From Haliotis rufescens (Eukaryota): DNA of 64,000 nucleotides. Below, piece by piece: positions 39,201 to 50,719 of the stretch. The position numbers and the translations under genes are program-made. The notes under the pieces were generated by a model. That model saw only the letters and a program-made list of their open reading frames with translations. It searched no databases and was not told the origin of the DNA. Every line of letters starts with the position of its first letter. The first letter of the stretch is position 1. Location: contig NW_025963890.1 in NCBI RefSeq assembly GCF_023055435.1, positions 62,682,001 to 62,746,000 on the forward strand. The letters run 5' to 3'.

Positions 39201-40341
39201 TGTGACGGTGCCACCGGGAGTGTACACATTTTCGCGAACACCTGGTATCATTACTTTTTCACAGTGATTTAAGAACACATGCTCATGATGTAGTCGGAAT
39301 CGTACAATCGACACTGCTGTTGGCAGAAAGTTCTTATTAATGTGGAATGTATTTTGTCCCTTTTATTTGCATACAGATAACACGAAACTGTATTTACTTT
39401 ACTTGCATAGCTTTCTTATTTTATATATGAATTGCTATACAACAAAGTAATTAGTTTAACATACTTAATATATATGAATAAATCTTACTTCCTCAACCCG
39501 TGAAGATCCAGGTTAGAATTGGTCTTGTCTTAAGAGGGGACTGTGGTTATCGTAGATTGATGCTCATGATATCAATCACTGGGTTGTCTGGTTCAGTCTC
39601 GATTATTTGCAGACCGTGATCAGTTGATCAGACCGTAAAGCTGAGTGCAGCGTTAAACAACAAACAAGCAAATCTACTCAATCCTTGATGCAAACGTTAA
39701 CTCACACATACTGTGGAAATAGATAAATCTCTCTCGTCTTTACAGGTGGTTACTCACATGAATGCAATAGACATCGGTAATTATGTTCGTTAATGCTAAT
39801 GGTTTATGTTTTATGGAACTATAACGGAAATTGTTCGAATATAAACTGCCGGGATAAAAAGTGTACACCTAAAAATTGGAATTGACCAAAAAAATACAAA
39901 CGCTATCAAAACGTCACTAGGCTGACAACAGAAGCCGAAACACTGCAAACTTGAGGTCTAAAACACAACCATGACACCCGTATCAACTATATCACCATCG
40001 AATAACCATTTCTTGTTTGTTTCATTTTAGCCACCATCAAACAGAGGTGTGTACTTTATTTTGACCAACATTTTACATCATCAAGACATGAACGTATGAT
40101 TGAATACTTGTGGATGTTTAGTTATTAATTCATATGCTAGTAAGGTACAAACATCTGTCTCCAAACGCCACATTGAAAGAAAAATGAAGTTGAAATCGAT
40201 AAGGCAGCCATGACAACCATTAATTAATGGCTAATCATAGCAATCAATGGGGTTAAAATGAAAAGTATCAATCACGCATTTTGTCATTGATTGTCAATTA
40301 TATTAACTGTAACGTTCCTGGTAGCCAACAAAATACATCCT
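36224..40341. repeat. Tandem-duplication spacer unit C
   Basis: Colinear with units A and B; shares the internally deleted family-C element with unit B. Confidence 0.9.
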
Positions 40342-41793
40342 TCAGCACCACCCTGGGCTCCAGTTGCCTCCATAAAGATCTGGATTTGATTTAGGATCCA
40401 TTGGTGGTTGATAAGCTGGTACTCGCGTCTTCTCCCAGTTCTCAAGGCGTTGTTTCATCATCGCTACAAGCTCAGGGTACTTAGCAGATAGGTCGAAATG
40501 TTCAGTTGGGTCGGAAGTGATATTGTACAACATATATGGAGGGAACTTGTCCTTCTTTTCCTGGAGGAGGACATCTGAACCCTCACCTGACTGTGGAAGA
40601 GGATTCCAGTCATTGTGAGATCCCGGTGAACCTCGCATCAGTTTCAGGTCACCATATCTAATTGCTGCAGATTTGGACTTGTAATTGATGTTGTAGACGA
40701 ACTCTTTCCTCTTACTCGGGCCACCATTGATGAGCATGTCGTACTGACTGACTCCGTCCATGTTGGGGTCTGTGTTCTCTCCACCAGCCAGCTCCACAAA
40801 GGTCGGGTACCAGTCTACAGCATGCATCATTCCAGTGTTAAGGTAGCCCGTCTTCTTCAGAAGGGTTTTACTGTAGATGAATCCAGTTCCTTTCGTCCCA
40901 CCTTCCCATAGTGTATCCTTAGCTCCACGTAGAGGAAGGTTGTTAGAAGCAGTGTAATAAGGCCCGCCATTGTCAGTCGTAAACACCAGCAGCAAGTTGT
41001 CAATGAGTCCCGTTTCCTCTAAAGCATTTGTGATGTTAGCAACAGCTTCATCAAGAGCACTGATCATACCGCAGTAGGTCCTTCGTGGTAGGTTCTGGAT
41101 ATGTTTGTACAAATTCTCATACTCAGAGGGAACTTCCAGAGGTGCATGTACTGCTTGAAACGGCAGATACAAATAAAGTGGCGTGTCCTTATCGTGAGAC
41201 TTGATTATATCAACTGCTCTTTCTGCAAACACGCGCGTTGAATATTTACCCTTTGGTTCCGTATATACAGAAGTGTTAAAGCGTAGATCATATCCAGAAT
41301 AATTGTCAAATGTTTTTGTGTGCTTGTAATAGTCCTCATCACCCATGTAATACCCAACATAGGTATCAAACCCACGGTAGACAGGGGTATATTTCAAGTT
41401 GCAGAAGCCTAAATGCCATTTCCCAACAGCATGGGTGCTATATCCTAGTTCCTTTAACTTCTGTGGGAGGAAGGTGAACTTGATTGGAACAAATCCAGGA
41501 GAAGTTGGACTGATGACGCCGTCCTGTAGTCCAGTGTGGTAGGGGAAGTACCCCGACATGAAGCAGTTTCTGGATGGCGAGCACACGGGCTGGACATAGG
41601 AGGAGTTGAGGATGACTCCAGCTTTGGCCAACTTGTCCAGGTGTGGCGTCAGAACCTGTGGATTACGGAAACCAACATCGTTCCAGCCCAGATCGTCCGC
41701 AACTATAAACACAATGTGTGGCTTAGCTGCTTGACTTCCACTATGGTAAACTAATATGAGAGCAAAAGTCGCAACAAGCCGTGCAGCCTCCAT
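40342..41793 (-). CDS. ARSB: ARS4: arylsulfatase B/I/J-like, single coding exon, 483 aa (501 aa from the in-frame ATG at 41847)
   Basis: Intact ORF with QPVCSPSR, GKWHLG, VHAP, DNGGPYYT and RGAKDT; signal peptide. Confidence 0.95.
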   Translation of the reverse strand: MEAARLVATFALILVYHSGSQAAKPHIVFIVADDLGWNDVGFRNPQVLTPHLDKLAKAGVILNSSYVQPVCSPSRNCFMSGYFPYHTGLQDGVISPTSPGFVPIKFTFLPQKLKELGYSTHAVGKWHLGFCNLKYTPVYRGFDTYVGYYMGDEDYYKHTKTFDNYSGYDLRFNTSVYTEPKGKYSTRVFAERAVDIIKSHDKDTPLYLYLPFQAVHAPLEVPSEYENLYKHIQNLPRRTYCGMISALDEAVANITNALEETGLIDNLLLVFTTDNGGPYYTASNNLPLRGAKDTLWEGGTKGTGFIYSKTLLKKTGYLNTGMMHAVDWYPTFVELAGGENTDPNMDGVSQYDMLINGGPSKRKEFVYNINYKSKSAAIRYGDLKLMRGSPGSHNDWNPLPQSGEGSDVLLQEKKDKFPPYMLYNITSDPTEHFDLSAKYPELVAMMKQRLENWEKTRVPAYQPPMDPKSNPDLYGGNWSPGWC

Positions 41794-42187
41794 GTTGCAG
41801 ACTCGTATACTGCTGATCTGGTCTATTGAGACTGGTGCATTGCGCATCTAGCTTTATCGGCACCTCTGCACATGTGATATTACGTGGACATTAGCTGTTA
41901 TACATGTGACAATACACAGCGATATTGCTCATATCCGACCCGAGGATCGGGGTTACTTATATCTAGGTATGTGTTTGACAAGNNNNNNNNNNNNNNNNNN
42001 NNNNNNNNNNNNNNNNNNNNNNNNNNNNNNNNNNNNNNNNNNNNNNNNNNNNNNNNNNNNNNNNNNNNNNNNNNNNNNNNNNNNNNNNNNNNNNNNNNNN
42101 NNNNNNNNNNNNNNNNNNNNNNNNNNNNNNNNNNNNNNNNNNNNNNNNNNNNNNNNNNNNNNNNNNNNNNNNNNNNNNNNNNNNNNN

Positions 42188-42525
42188 TAAGTCGTTGGCA
42201 ACATGAGCATATGCCTATATAAGTCGTTCTCAACATGGCATATGGCTATATAATTCGTTGTCAACATCAGCATATGGCTATATAAGTCGTTGTCAACATG
42301 GCATATGCCTATATAATTCGTTGTCAATATGACCATATGCCTACATGTCGTTGTCAACATAACCATATGCCTATACAATTCGTTGTCAACATGACATATG
42401 CCTATATAATTCGTTGTCAACATGGGCATATGCCTATATAAGCCGTTGTCAACATGAGCATATGCCTATATAAGCCGTTATCAAGAACATGGGAATATGC
42501 CTGTATAAATCGTTGTCAACATGGG
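42188..42525 (+). repeat. 31-32-bp minisatellite (>=10 copies, runs into the gap); ~2.5 copies also at 52417-52498
   Basis: Unit gtcgttgtcaacatggcatatgcctatataa. Confidence 0.93.
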
Positions 42526-42714
42526 CAACTTGTCCAGGTGTGGCGTCAGTACCTGTGGATTACGGAAACCAACATCGTTCCAACCTAGATCATCCGCAGG
42601 TATGAACACAATGTGTGGCTCAGCTTCTTGACTTCCATAAAGAAAAACGAAAATTATAGCAATAGTCGCAACAAGCCGTGCTGCCTCCGTGGTTGCCACT
42701 GGTGCATTCCGCAT
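42526..42714 (-). pseudogene. 5'-only arylsulfatase remnant a (leader to ...PHLDKL), fused to a minisatellite
   Basis: Translates as [54 protein letters not shown]. The main ATG is mutated to ACG, and homology stops before the CSPSR motif. It keeps the upstream conserved block (42715-43030). Confidence 0.9.
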
Positions 42715-45029
42715 CTAGATTTATCGCCTCGTCTGCACATATGATGCTACGTGGACATCAGCTGCTTACGCGTGACAAGACTCAGCGATATTGCCCGTAT
42801 TCGACCCGGGTGTCGGGACAATTTACCTTTGTAAGTCTTATACGAAAACTCAAGGTCTCTGATAGATAAACATCTAGTCTCTGAAATGAAAATATGTTAC
42901 AGAAAAAAAGCATTTGTTAATTTATCTTTATGTGATATTATAAAAAGGAGCCTAGCTACTTTCTTTGAAAACTACAGTAACAATACTTGCGAAGTATTAG
43001 ATATACTTCTTTCAGGGTCTGTATGACACTAAGTCACTGGATACATATCAAATGTGTAAGTCGTTAGAACTCGATAGAGGGTCCTGATAAACGGATTGTA
43101 TCAGTTGAAATATTACTTCTCCAACTATTTATGTGGTATACATCATCAGGTATATGTGGTCGTTACAATAGTATACGATACTTGAGTATATGCTATTAAG
43201 CATCTATTTAGCATTGTATAATTTTTAACCATGTTCTGCATGTCATGTAAAAACATCGTCATGAATTGACTTTCCTTCTTCAACCGTTGCAATGATATGA
43301 CATAGAAAGTCAACAAGTTTTAATGGCGCCACTTTCCTCAAAAAGGTTGTATTGCTAAGGTGCCCTCCAGTCAGATTGTTTCACAGACATTCTGAGATGT
43401 TCGCATTCGGACCCACTCAGATTACTCGTTATCTACATAATAACTCGTGCAAAGGTGATTTTATTGCATAATTTAGCTGCAAGTTTCGTTCAAACCGACC
43501 ACCCCGCATATAGTTCAATGGTTGATTTTGATAAAAGATATGTTTCTATTGTTAATACAAAATAGGGATCCTATTTGATATAGAACAACTGCCGGCATGT
43601 TGTGTTGTGTAATGTGGTAGTAACGAGAACTAGTAAAACCTGTGCATACAGTTCCAATATGAATACCGACTGCTGGCCGAGATGCTCTATAGGATTGAGG
43701 TGTGCCGGGTGGAATGCTCGATGTAATACGATTTTTTTGTTTGTTTGTTGTTTAACGCCGCACTCAGCAATGTTACAGCTATATGACGGCGGTCTGTAAA
43801 TAATCGAGTCTGGACTAAACAATCCAGTAATTGACACCATGAGCATCGATCTAAACAATTGGGATACGATGACATGCATCAACAAAATAAGCGAGCCTGA
43901 CCACCCGATCCTGTTAGTCGCCTTTTAAGACAAGCATAGTCGCCTTTGTCGGCAATCATGGGTTGCTGGAGACCTATTCTACCCCGGATCTTAACGGGTC
44001 CGATGTTATAAGAAGGATGAAAATGAGTGCTAATAGTTTTACACCACTTTAAGAAGGGTCTTCACATATTGTATCTAAATATATACCAGCCTGGACTTCG
44101 TAATGACGAGCGAAGGAATTAAGTACAAGGCAACCAAACCGCCGGCAGATATCGAAGTAGGCCAAGATAAAAAGACCTACATTATCGGCACATCAAGGTT
44201 AAAATTTAGGTTTTATGTTGTCGTCGTATACATATAGATATTGATAAGACGATTAAGGACACTAAAGTGTGTATTGTGGTTGTACCACTTTAATTGTAAA
44301 GTGTTATTATTGTTACGCAAGAATTGCTTTACAATAAATCATGTAGTTTAACAATCCGCATCTATACATTATTTCAACAATAAATCTACTCCATCCCGGA
44401 TGCAAAGATTAACCCCGACATAAATAAGCTCTCGTCTTCATAGGTCGCTACTCACATGAATGCAACAGATATGAGTAAATATGTTCGCTAATGCTGATGG
44501 TTGATGGTACTATATCCGTCTTCGCTACATCGAAAATTGATGATATACAAACGTTATCAAAACGTCACTAGGCTGACAGCAGTAGCCGAAACACTGCAGT
44601 CTTGAGGTCCATAAACACAGCTATGACACTCGTATCAAATATCTCACCATCGAATAACTATTTCTTGTTTGTTTCAATTTTAGCCACCATCAAACATCGG
44701 TTTCCAATTTCCTTTGCCCGCAGATTACATCATCATGACATTAACGTATAAATGAAGAAATTTCAACTGATTTATTCTTTCAATGCGACCTTTAGGTACA
44801 AGTGATAGTAAGGTGCAAACCTCTGTCTCAAAACGCAATATAAAAAAAGTTGAAATCGATAAAGCAGCCATGTCTTCATTAATACTACGGGTTGTCATTA
44901 AAACAACCGTACACTGACTGGTAATTATAACATAACAAAAAATGGGATCAAAGTATCAATCACGCATTTTGTCATTGATTGTCACTGATATTAACTGTAG
45001 CGTTCCTGGTAGCCAACAGAATACAACAT
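42715..45029. repeat. Older, more diverged spacer unit D (empty sites for the SINEs of units A-C)
   Basis: Same backbone order as units A-C but uninterrupted at ttgactttcc (~43265) and cgttatctacataa (~43427). Confidence 0.75.
43731..44001 (-). mobile_element. Family C, full length, with a duplicated hairpin module
   Basis: Reverse complement reads gacccgttaagatccggggtagaataggtctccagcaacccatg...ggcgactatgcttgtcttaaaaggcgactaacagg...ggcgttaaacaacaaac. Confidence 0.88.
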
Positions 45030-46481
45030 TCAGCACCACCCTGGGCTCCAGTTGCCTCCATAGAGATCTGGGTTTGATTTAGGGTCATCTGGTGGTTGAT
45101 AAGCTGGTACTCGCGTCTTCTCCCAGTTCTCAAGGCGTTGTTTCATCATCGCTACAAGCTCAGGGTACTTAGCCGAGAGGTCGAAATGTTCCGTTGGGTC
45201 GGAGGTGATATTGTACAACATATATGGAGGGAACTTGTCCTTCTTTTCCTGGAGAGGGACATCTGAAGTCTCATCAGCATGAGGAAGAGGATTCCAGTCA
45301 TTGTGAGATCCCGGTGAACCTCGCATCAGTTTCAGGTCACCATATCTAATTGCTGAGGAGTTGGACTTGTCATAGATGTTGTAGACGAACTCTTTCCTCT
45401 TACTCGGTCCACCATTGATGAGCATGTCGTACTGACTTATCCCGTCCATGTTGGGGTCTGTGTTCTCTCCACCAGCCAGCTCCACAAAGGTCGGGTACCA
45501 GTCTACAGCATGCATCATTCCAGTGTTGAGGTAGCCCGTCTTCTTCAGAAGGGTTTTACTGTAGATGAAACCAGTTCCTTTCGTCCCACCTTCCCATAGT
45601 GTCGCTTTAGCTCCACGTAGAGGAAGGTTGTTAGAAGCAGTGTAATAAGGCCCGCCATTGTCAGTCGTAAACACCAGCAGCAAGTTGTCAATGAGTCCCG
45701 TTTCCTCTAAAGCATTCGTAATGTTAGCAACAGCTTCATCAAGAGCACTGATCATACCGCAGTAGGTCCTTCGTGGTAGGTTCTGGATATGCTTGTACAA
45801 ATTCTCATACTCAGGAGGAACTTCCAGAGGTGCATGAACTGCTTGAAACGGTAGATACAAATAAAGCGGCGTGTCTTTATCGTGAGACTTGATTATATCA
45901 ACTGCTCTTTCTGCAAACACACGCGTTGAATATTTACCTTTCGCTTCTGAATATACGGAAGTGTTAAAGTGTAGATCATATCCGGAAAATTTGCCATATT
46001 CTCTTGTGTGCTTGTAATATTCCTCGGCGCCAGTGTAATACCCAACAAAAGTATCAAACCCACGGTAGGTCGGGGTGTATTTCAAGTTGCAGAAGCCTAA
46101 ATGCCACTTCCCAACAGCATGGGTGCTATATCCTATTTCCTTTAACTTCTGAGGGAGGAAGGTGAACTTAATGGGAACAAATCCAGGAGAAGTTGGCCTG
46201 ATGACTCCGTCCTGTAGTCCAGTGTGGTAGGGGAAGTACCCCGACATGAAGCAGTTTCTGGAAGGCGAACACACGGGCTGGACATATGAGGAGTTGAGGA
46301 TGACTCCAGCTTTGGCCAACTTGTCCAGGTGTGGCGTCAGAACCTGTGCATTTCGGAAACCAACATCGTTCCAGCCCAGATCATCCGCAACTATGAACAC
46401 AATGTGTGGCTTAGCTGCTTGACTTTCATTAAGGTAAACGAAAATGAGAATAAGAGTCGCAACAAGCCGTGCAGCCTCCAT
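45030..46481 (-). CDS. ARSB: ARS5: arylsulfatase B/I/J-like, single coding exon, 483 aa
   Basis: Intact ORF with all catalytic motifs and a signal peptide. The upstream ATG is absent in this copy. Confidence 0.95.
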   Translation of the reverse strand: MEAARLVATLILIFVYLNESQAAKPHIVFIVADDLGWNDVGFRNAQVLTPHLDKLAKAGVILNSSYVQPVCSPSRNCFMSGYFPYHTGLQDGVIRPTSPGFVPIKFTFLPQKLKEIGYSTHAVGKWHLGFCNLKYTPTYRGFDTFVGYYTGAEEYYKHTREYGKFSGYDLHFNTSVYSEAKGKYSTRVFAERAVDIIKSHDKDTPLYLYLPFQAVHAPLEVPPEYENLYKHIQNLPRRTYCGMISALDEAVANITNALEETGLIDNLLLVFTTDNGGPYYTASNNLPLRGAKATLWEGGTKGTGFIYSKTLLKKTGYLNTGMMHAVDWYPTFVELAGGENTDPNMDGISQYDMLINGGPSKRKEFVYNIYDKSNSSAIRYGDLKLMRGSPGSHNDWNPLPHADETSDVPLQEKKDKFPPYMLYNITSDPTEHFDLSAKYPELVAMMKQRLENWEKTRVPAYQPPDDPKSNPDLYGGNWSPGWC

Positions 46482-47229
46482 GTTTGGTGTATATGCTGAT
46501 ATGGATTTATCGAGACTGATGTATTGCGGGGTCAGCTTTATCGCCTTGTCTGCGCATGTGATGTTAGTTGGACATTAGCCACTATATGTGTGATAATACA
46601 CTTCGATATCGCTCACAACTGACCCGAGGTTCGGGGTTACATATCTATGCATGTGTGGTATGAAAAGTCAAGGTCTCTTGTAGACTAACTAGTCACTGAA
46701 ATAAAAATACCTCAGAGGGAAAAGATAGTTGTTAATTTATCTTAATACAATATAATAAAAAGGAGCCTAGAGACCTTCTTTGGAAACTGCAGTAATTAAG
46801 ACGTGCCAAGTATTACAGACTAGCATTGACTGTATTGGATGTATTTGATGGCGCCTCATTTCGATGTGCATCCCTTAGACGTGACAGTGTTCATGGGTTC
46901 CGATCATGCTCTGCCCTGATAGAGTTTCTTGATTTGTTAGCACCATAAAGCTCGTGGGTTTCATCGAATTGGTAAAACTCCAAAACCTGCATCACGTTGT
47001 GCTGTCCTACCACATAATGCCATTTCTCCGTGGTTCACTCTGAGGCGCCCTATTTCGATGTGCAAAATTACGCCCTTTGTGACTGGTTTCATGGGTTCGA
47101 ATCCCGGTGCAACCTGATTATGCTTCACGAGCTTGTCAGCACCGGACCCGTACTCGTGGGTTTCATCAAAGGGGTAAACGTCCCACACTTGCATCACTTT
47201 GTACTTTCCACCAACACCATACTAACGAC

Positions 47230-47878
47230 GTTTTGTAACGTGAGCGTGGCTGAAACGTGCTCCTGGACACCTGTAGACACTTGCTAGGTCCTAAGAGCTG
47301 TCCGAATGAAACCGGGACTCATTTGCGAACAGCATATATACTGTTCCAGTCTTGTCTTCTGAACCTCAGATGCTGTCTAAACCAGAGACGTGGAAGCAGA
47401 GTCGGGTGATTCGCTAGACGTCGGGGCCAAGTTATGCGCTCCCTCAACCGGTTGCGCACGATTCTGCCACTAATTGGTCTCAACCCAGGAATTGTCCGAG
47501 ATGAGGATCAAAATGTCTGGCAACTTCATTGCGCGCCATTTCTGTTTGCAGAATAGCCACGGCGTATAGACGTTGATTTACAGCAGGTCGTGGCTTTGCT
47601 GAGCGTTATTTATGGTTAAACAAAGGTGTTTTATGAACAACTGTCAGCTACACAATCATTGTGTGCTTTTCCCATTAAAACACTCGTGTATGCATATCAT
47701 GCTCCTTACAAACATCCAAATTGTGCGCCACGCATAAACATGCACGTGTAAATTGTGGATCAAGACCTTCAAGTCGAGAATATGTCTTCATGAATATGTA
47801 TTACAAGATGTATTATCTAATTTCAGAATATTTTTTTATTGAACTCTATATGAAGCACAGTTACTTTTTTCCGCTAGT
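47230..47878 (-). mobile_element. Tc1-like DNA transposon relic (5' end + degenerate transposase)
   Basis: The minus strand translates ISGRIVRNRLRE...W and LFANESRF...VYR.PGARF (cf. Tc1 TVRNRL, LFSDESRF), with a putative terminus TAtactagcggaaaaaagtaac. An LNPIEHL remnant is also seen at ~43680-43710. Confidence 0.65.
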
Positions 47879-48785
47879 ATATATGACACGATAAAGGACA
47901 CGAACGTATGTATTTTGGTGGTACCACTTTAGCAGTAAATATAAATTATCAATGCACCATAGTTACCAGACTACTTTACGAGTGAATATAAAATATCAAT
48001 GCACGAAAATAATCAGACTAGATTTTCTTTCGAAACAGATTCCACTCGGCATTAAGGGCAAGTTTCTTGTTGTTATATATGAATTGCTATACAACAAATC
48101 AAGTAGTTTCACAATCCGGATATATAAATAAATTCAACAATTAATGAAATGTACTCCATCCCTGATTACTCTGAACATATGGATAAATCAGCTCATCGCT
48201 TAATGCCGATTGGCCGTTTGAGAAATCCTATGACTTCATTGGTTAATGACGCATTGCCGGAACTACTTTTTCCCCATTCATCATGTTCATTCATCTTTTT
48301 CCCACAAACAAGTTTCTGCCATAAAAGATTTGTGATTTAAAATCTTCGACATGAGGCAGTCTAAATATATATTTTTTATTTATCCATTAACACATGTTGT
48401 TTACGATAATGCACACAAAACATTAAATCTAATTAAGATTTGTACGTACAGTAATGTGATTGACTGTACCGTGTGCTATCCCTGCACGTAAACAGCAGTG
48501 TCAACATTCCTTTCCCCGATAAAAGTGAACGATCTTGTGAAAATTTACGGAAATTCGGTTGGAAGAATAGTGAACATTACACAGCCAGTGAACAATTTAA
48601 GCGTATGGCTGAACCACAAGTCCCTCGTTGTATACTAAATGCAAGGCATTTCAGAAATAAATAAAAACAATAACACATGGATATCTTATAATGGGCAATA
48701 ACGTAGTCGCGGTATAAAACGAATTCTATAACAGCAGGAGAGAGATCGAAAGACAACGACATTGACTGTTGTTACAAAAAGTAAG

Positions 48786-48954
48786 TGAGTGAGTGAGTGA
48801 GTATGGTTTTACGCCGCTTTTAGCAATATTCCAGCAATATCACGGCGGGGGACACCAGAAATGGGCTTCACACATTGTACCCATGTCGGGAATCGAACCC
48901 GGGTTTTCAGCGTGACGAGCGAACGCTTTAACCACTAGGCTACCCGACCGTCCC
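48786..48954 (-). mobile_element. SINE family A, near-consensus (young)
   Basis: Perfect 12-bp TSD acaaaaagtaag; intact A and B boxes. Confidence 0.95.
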
Positions 48955-49965
48955 ACAAAAAGTAAGACATATGCTCACTTGAAAGAGTCAAATAAACCTT
49001 ACTTGTTGTAGAATCATTTTACACAGTTTGTTGTTGTTTAGAATGTTCAGACCGATAGGAGTTTTGGTTTTCTTTTCGTAGTCATGGGAGCTAGTGACTT
49101 TGAGGTTGATGACGGAACACTATCGACACGTGTTTGAAATTTGTTTCAACAATGCCAAGTCATTTTGAATTCATTCTTGTACTATTATACATGAATCAAA
49201 ATGTTTATTTATCGCCAAAATTAATTGGTTCGGGACTTACAACTTTAATTTCATTCGGGACAGATAACCATTCAGTCCTCGTCACTCGTAAAGTGTTGTC
49301 TATAAACGACTCTTAGTCAGAAGTTGTTTGATCAAGGTTACAACATTCAAGGCCTCACTAAAGTTTGCAAAAAGTGTTTAATGTGGACATGTGGAAGACA
49401 TTTCCAGATTTGACGCATCAGTAACAAAACTGATTTTTCAGGTTGAACATCTGCCTTGCCTTTGCATGTGTTTGTGGCGGGTGCCATCGGTGGGGCAGGC
49501 TACACCTGGTATCATCATTATGTCGTAGCGATTCATAAACACATGCTCATGATATAGTCGGAATCGTACAATCGACTCTGCTTTAGGCAGATCTTTGTTA
49601 TGAATATGGAAAGAGTTTGGTCGTTTATAATTACATATAGATATAGATAACACGATAAAGGACACGGAATTGTATTTACGTTACTTGTAAAGCTTTCTTC
49701 TTTATATAGATTGCTATTCAACAAATCAGGTAGTAGGGCGCCGTGCATTAACATGCACGTGCAAATTGTGAATCACGACTTTAAAGTCGAGGAAATGTCT
49801 CTATGAATATGTATTAAAAGATGCATAGTTTTATTTCAGAATATATTTATTTAGATGTACTTCTATATGAAGTACAGTTACTTTTTTCCGTTAGTACAGA
49901 TAGCATGGAAAAGGACACAAAGTAGTGTGTTGTTGTTGCACCACTTTACTTGAAAAGATATATTA

Positions 49966-50140
49966 GAGTAAAGTACGGTTATAACGAACCCAAAGGGACT
50001 ACTAATTTTAGTTCGTTATAACCGTAGTTCGTTATAAGCATATATACAGCATAACTACAGCAAATAGTCGGGACCAAAAAGTAAGTTCGCTATATCCGTC
50101 AGTTCGTTATAAGCGTGTTCGTTATAACCGTAGTTTACTG
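49966..50140. mobile_element. 175-bp MITE (Tc1/mariner-pogo type)
   Basis: ~24-bp TIRs (gagtaaagtacggttataacgaac / gttcgttataaccgtagtttactg), TA duplication and internal gttcgttata repeats; empty site at ~33730. Confidence 0.9.
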
Positions 50141-50719
50141 TATTCTTTAGTTGAATTTCGATACAAAAAATCAAGTAGTTTAACAATACGGATCCATAAA
50201 TATTATTCAACAATTGATATAAAAGTATGAATAAATCTACTCCACCCCTGATGCAAAGAATAACTCCGACATTACTATGAAAATAAAGAAAAATCAGCTC
50301 TCGTTTTTATAGGTGGCTACTCACATGACTGCATCCGACATCAGCAATGCTGTTCGTTAATACTGATGGTATATAGTTACCGATACAATATCCGTCCTCG
50401 CTATGTCGAAACTTGATCGTATAAAGAAGACCAAGACATTAACGTATGAATGAAGACTTATGGGCGTCAATCTACATATACTTCCAATGCGACTTTTAGG
50501 TCCAGGTGCTTGTAAGGTACGAATTGTCAAAATGAAAGAATAAACAAGTTGAAATCGATACGGCAGACATGGCTTCATTGATACTATGGCTTGCCACTAA
50601 AAGATAAATAAACAAGTAATTACAACATAACAATCGATGGGATGAGGTTCAAGAGCATCAATCACTTTCTTTTCGCCGATTGTCAATGAAATTAGGTTTT
50701 TGTTCGCCAAACAAAATAT

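Noticed and set aside
23328-41754. Recurrent short ORFs overlapping the sulfatase CDSs (e.g. 23328-23639, 29326-29589, 35912-36253)
   Set aside because: Alternative-frame or antisense shadows with non-ATG starts; they recur only because the CDS is duplicated.
44550-44610. Hammerhead-like ggct...agccGAAAC...GTC (also ~27725-27770 and ~39910-39955)
   Set aside because: The CUGANGA core reads gtcacta/gtcacga and stem I is out of register; at most a dead Penelope-associated relic.
48880-48954. tRNA-Asp-like and other tRNA-like sequences
   Set aside because: They are SINE heads followed by SINE bodies, tails and TSDs, and the stems are imperfect.
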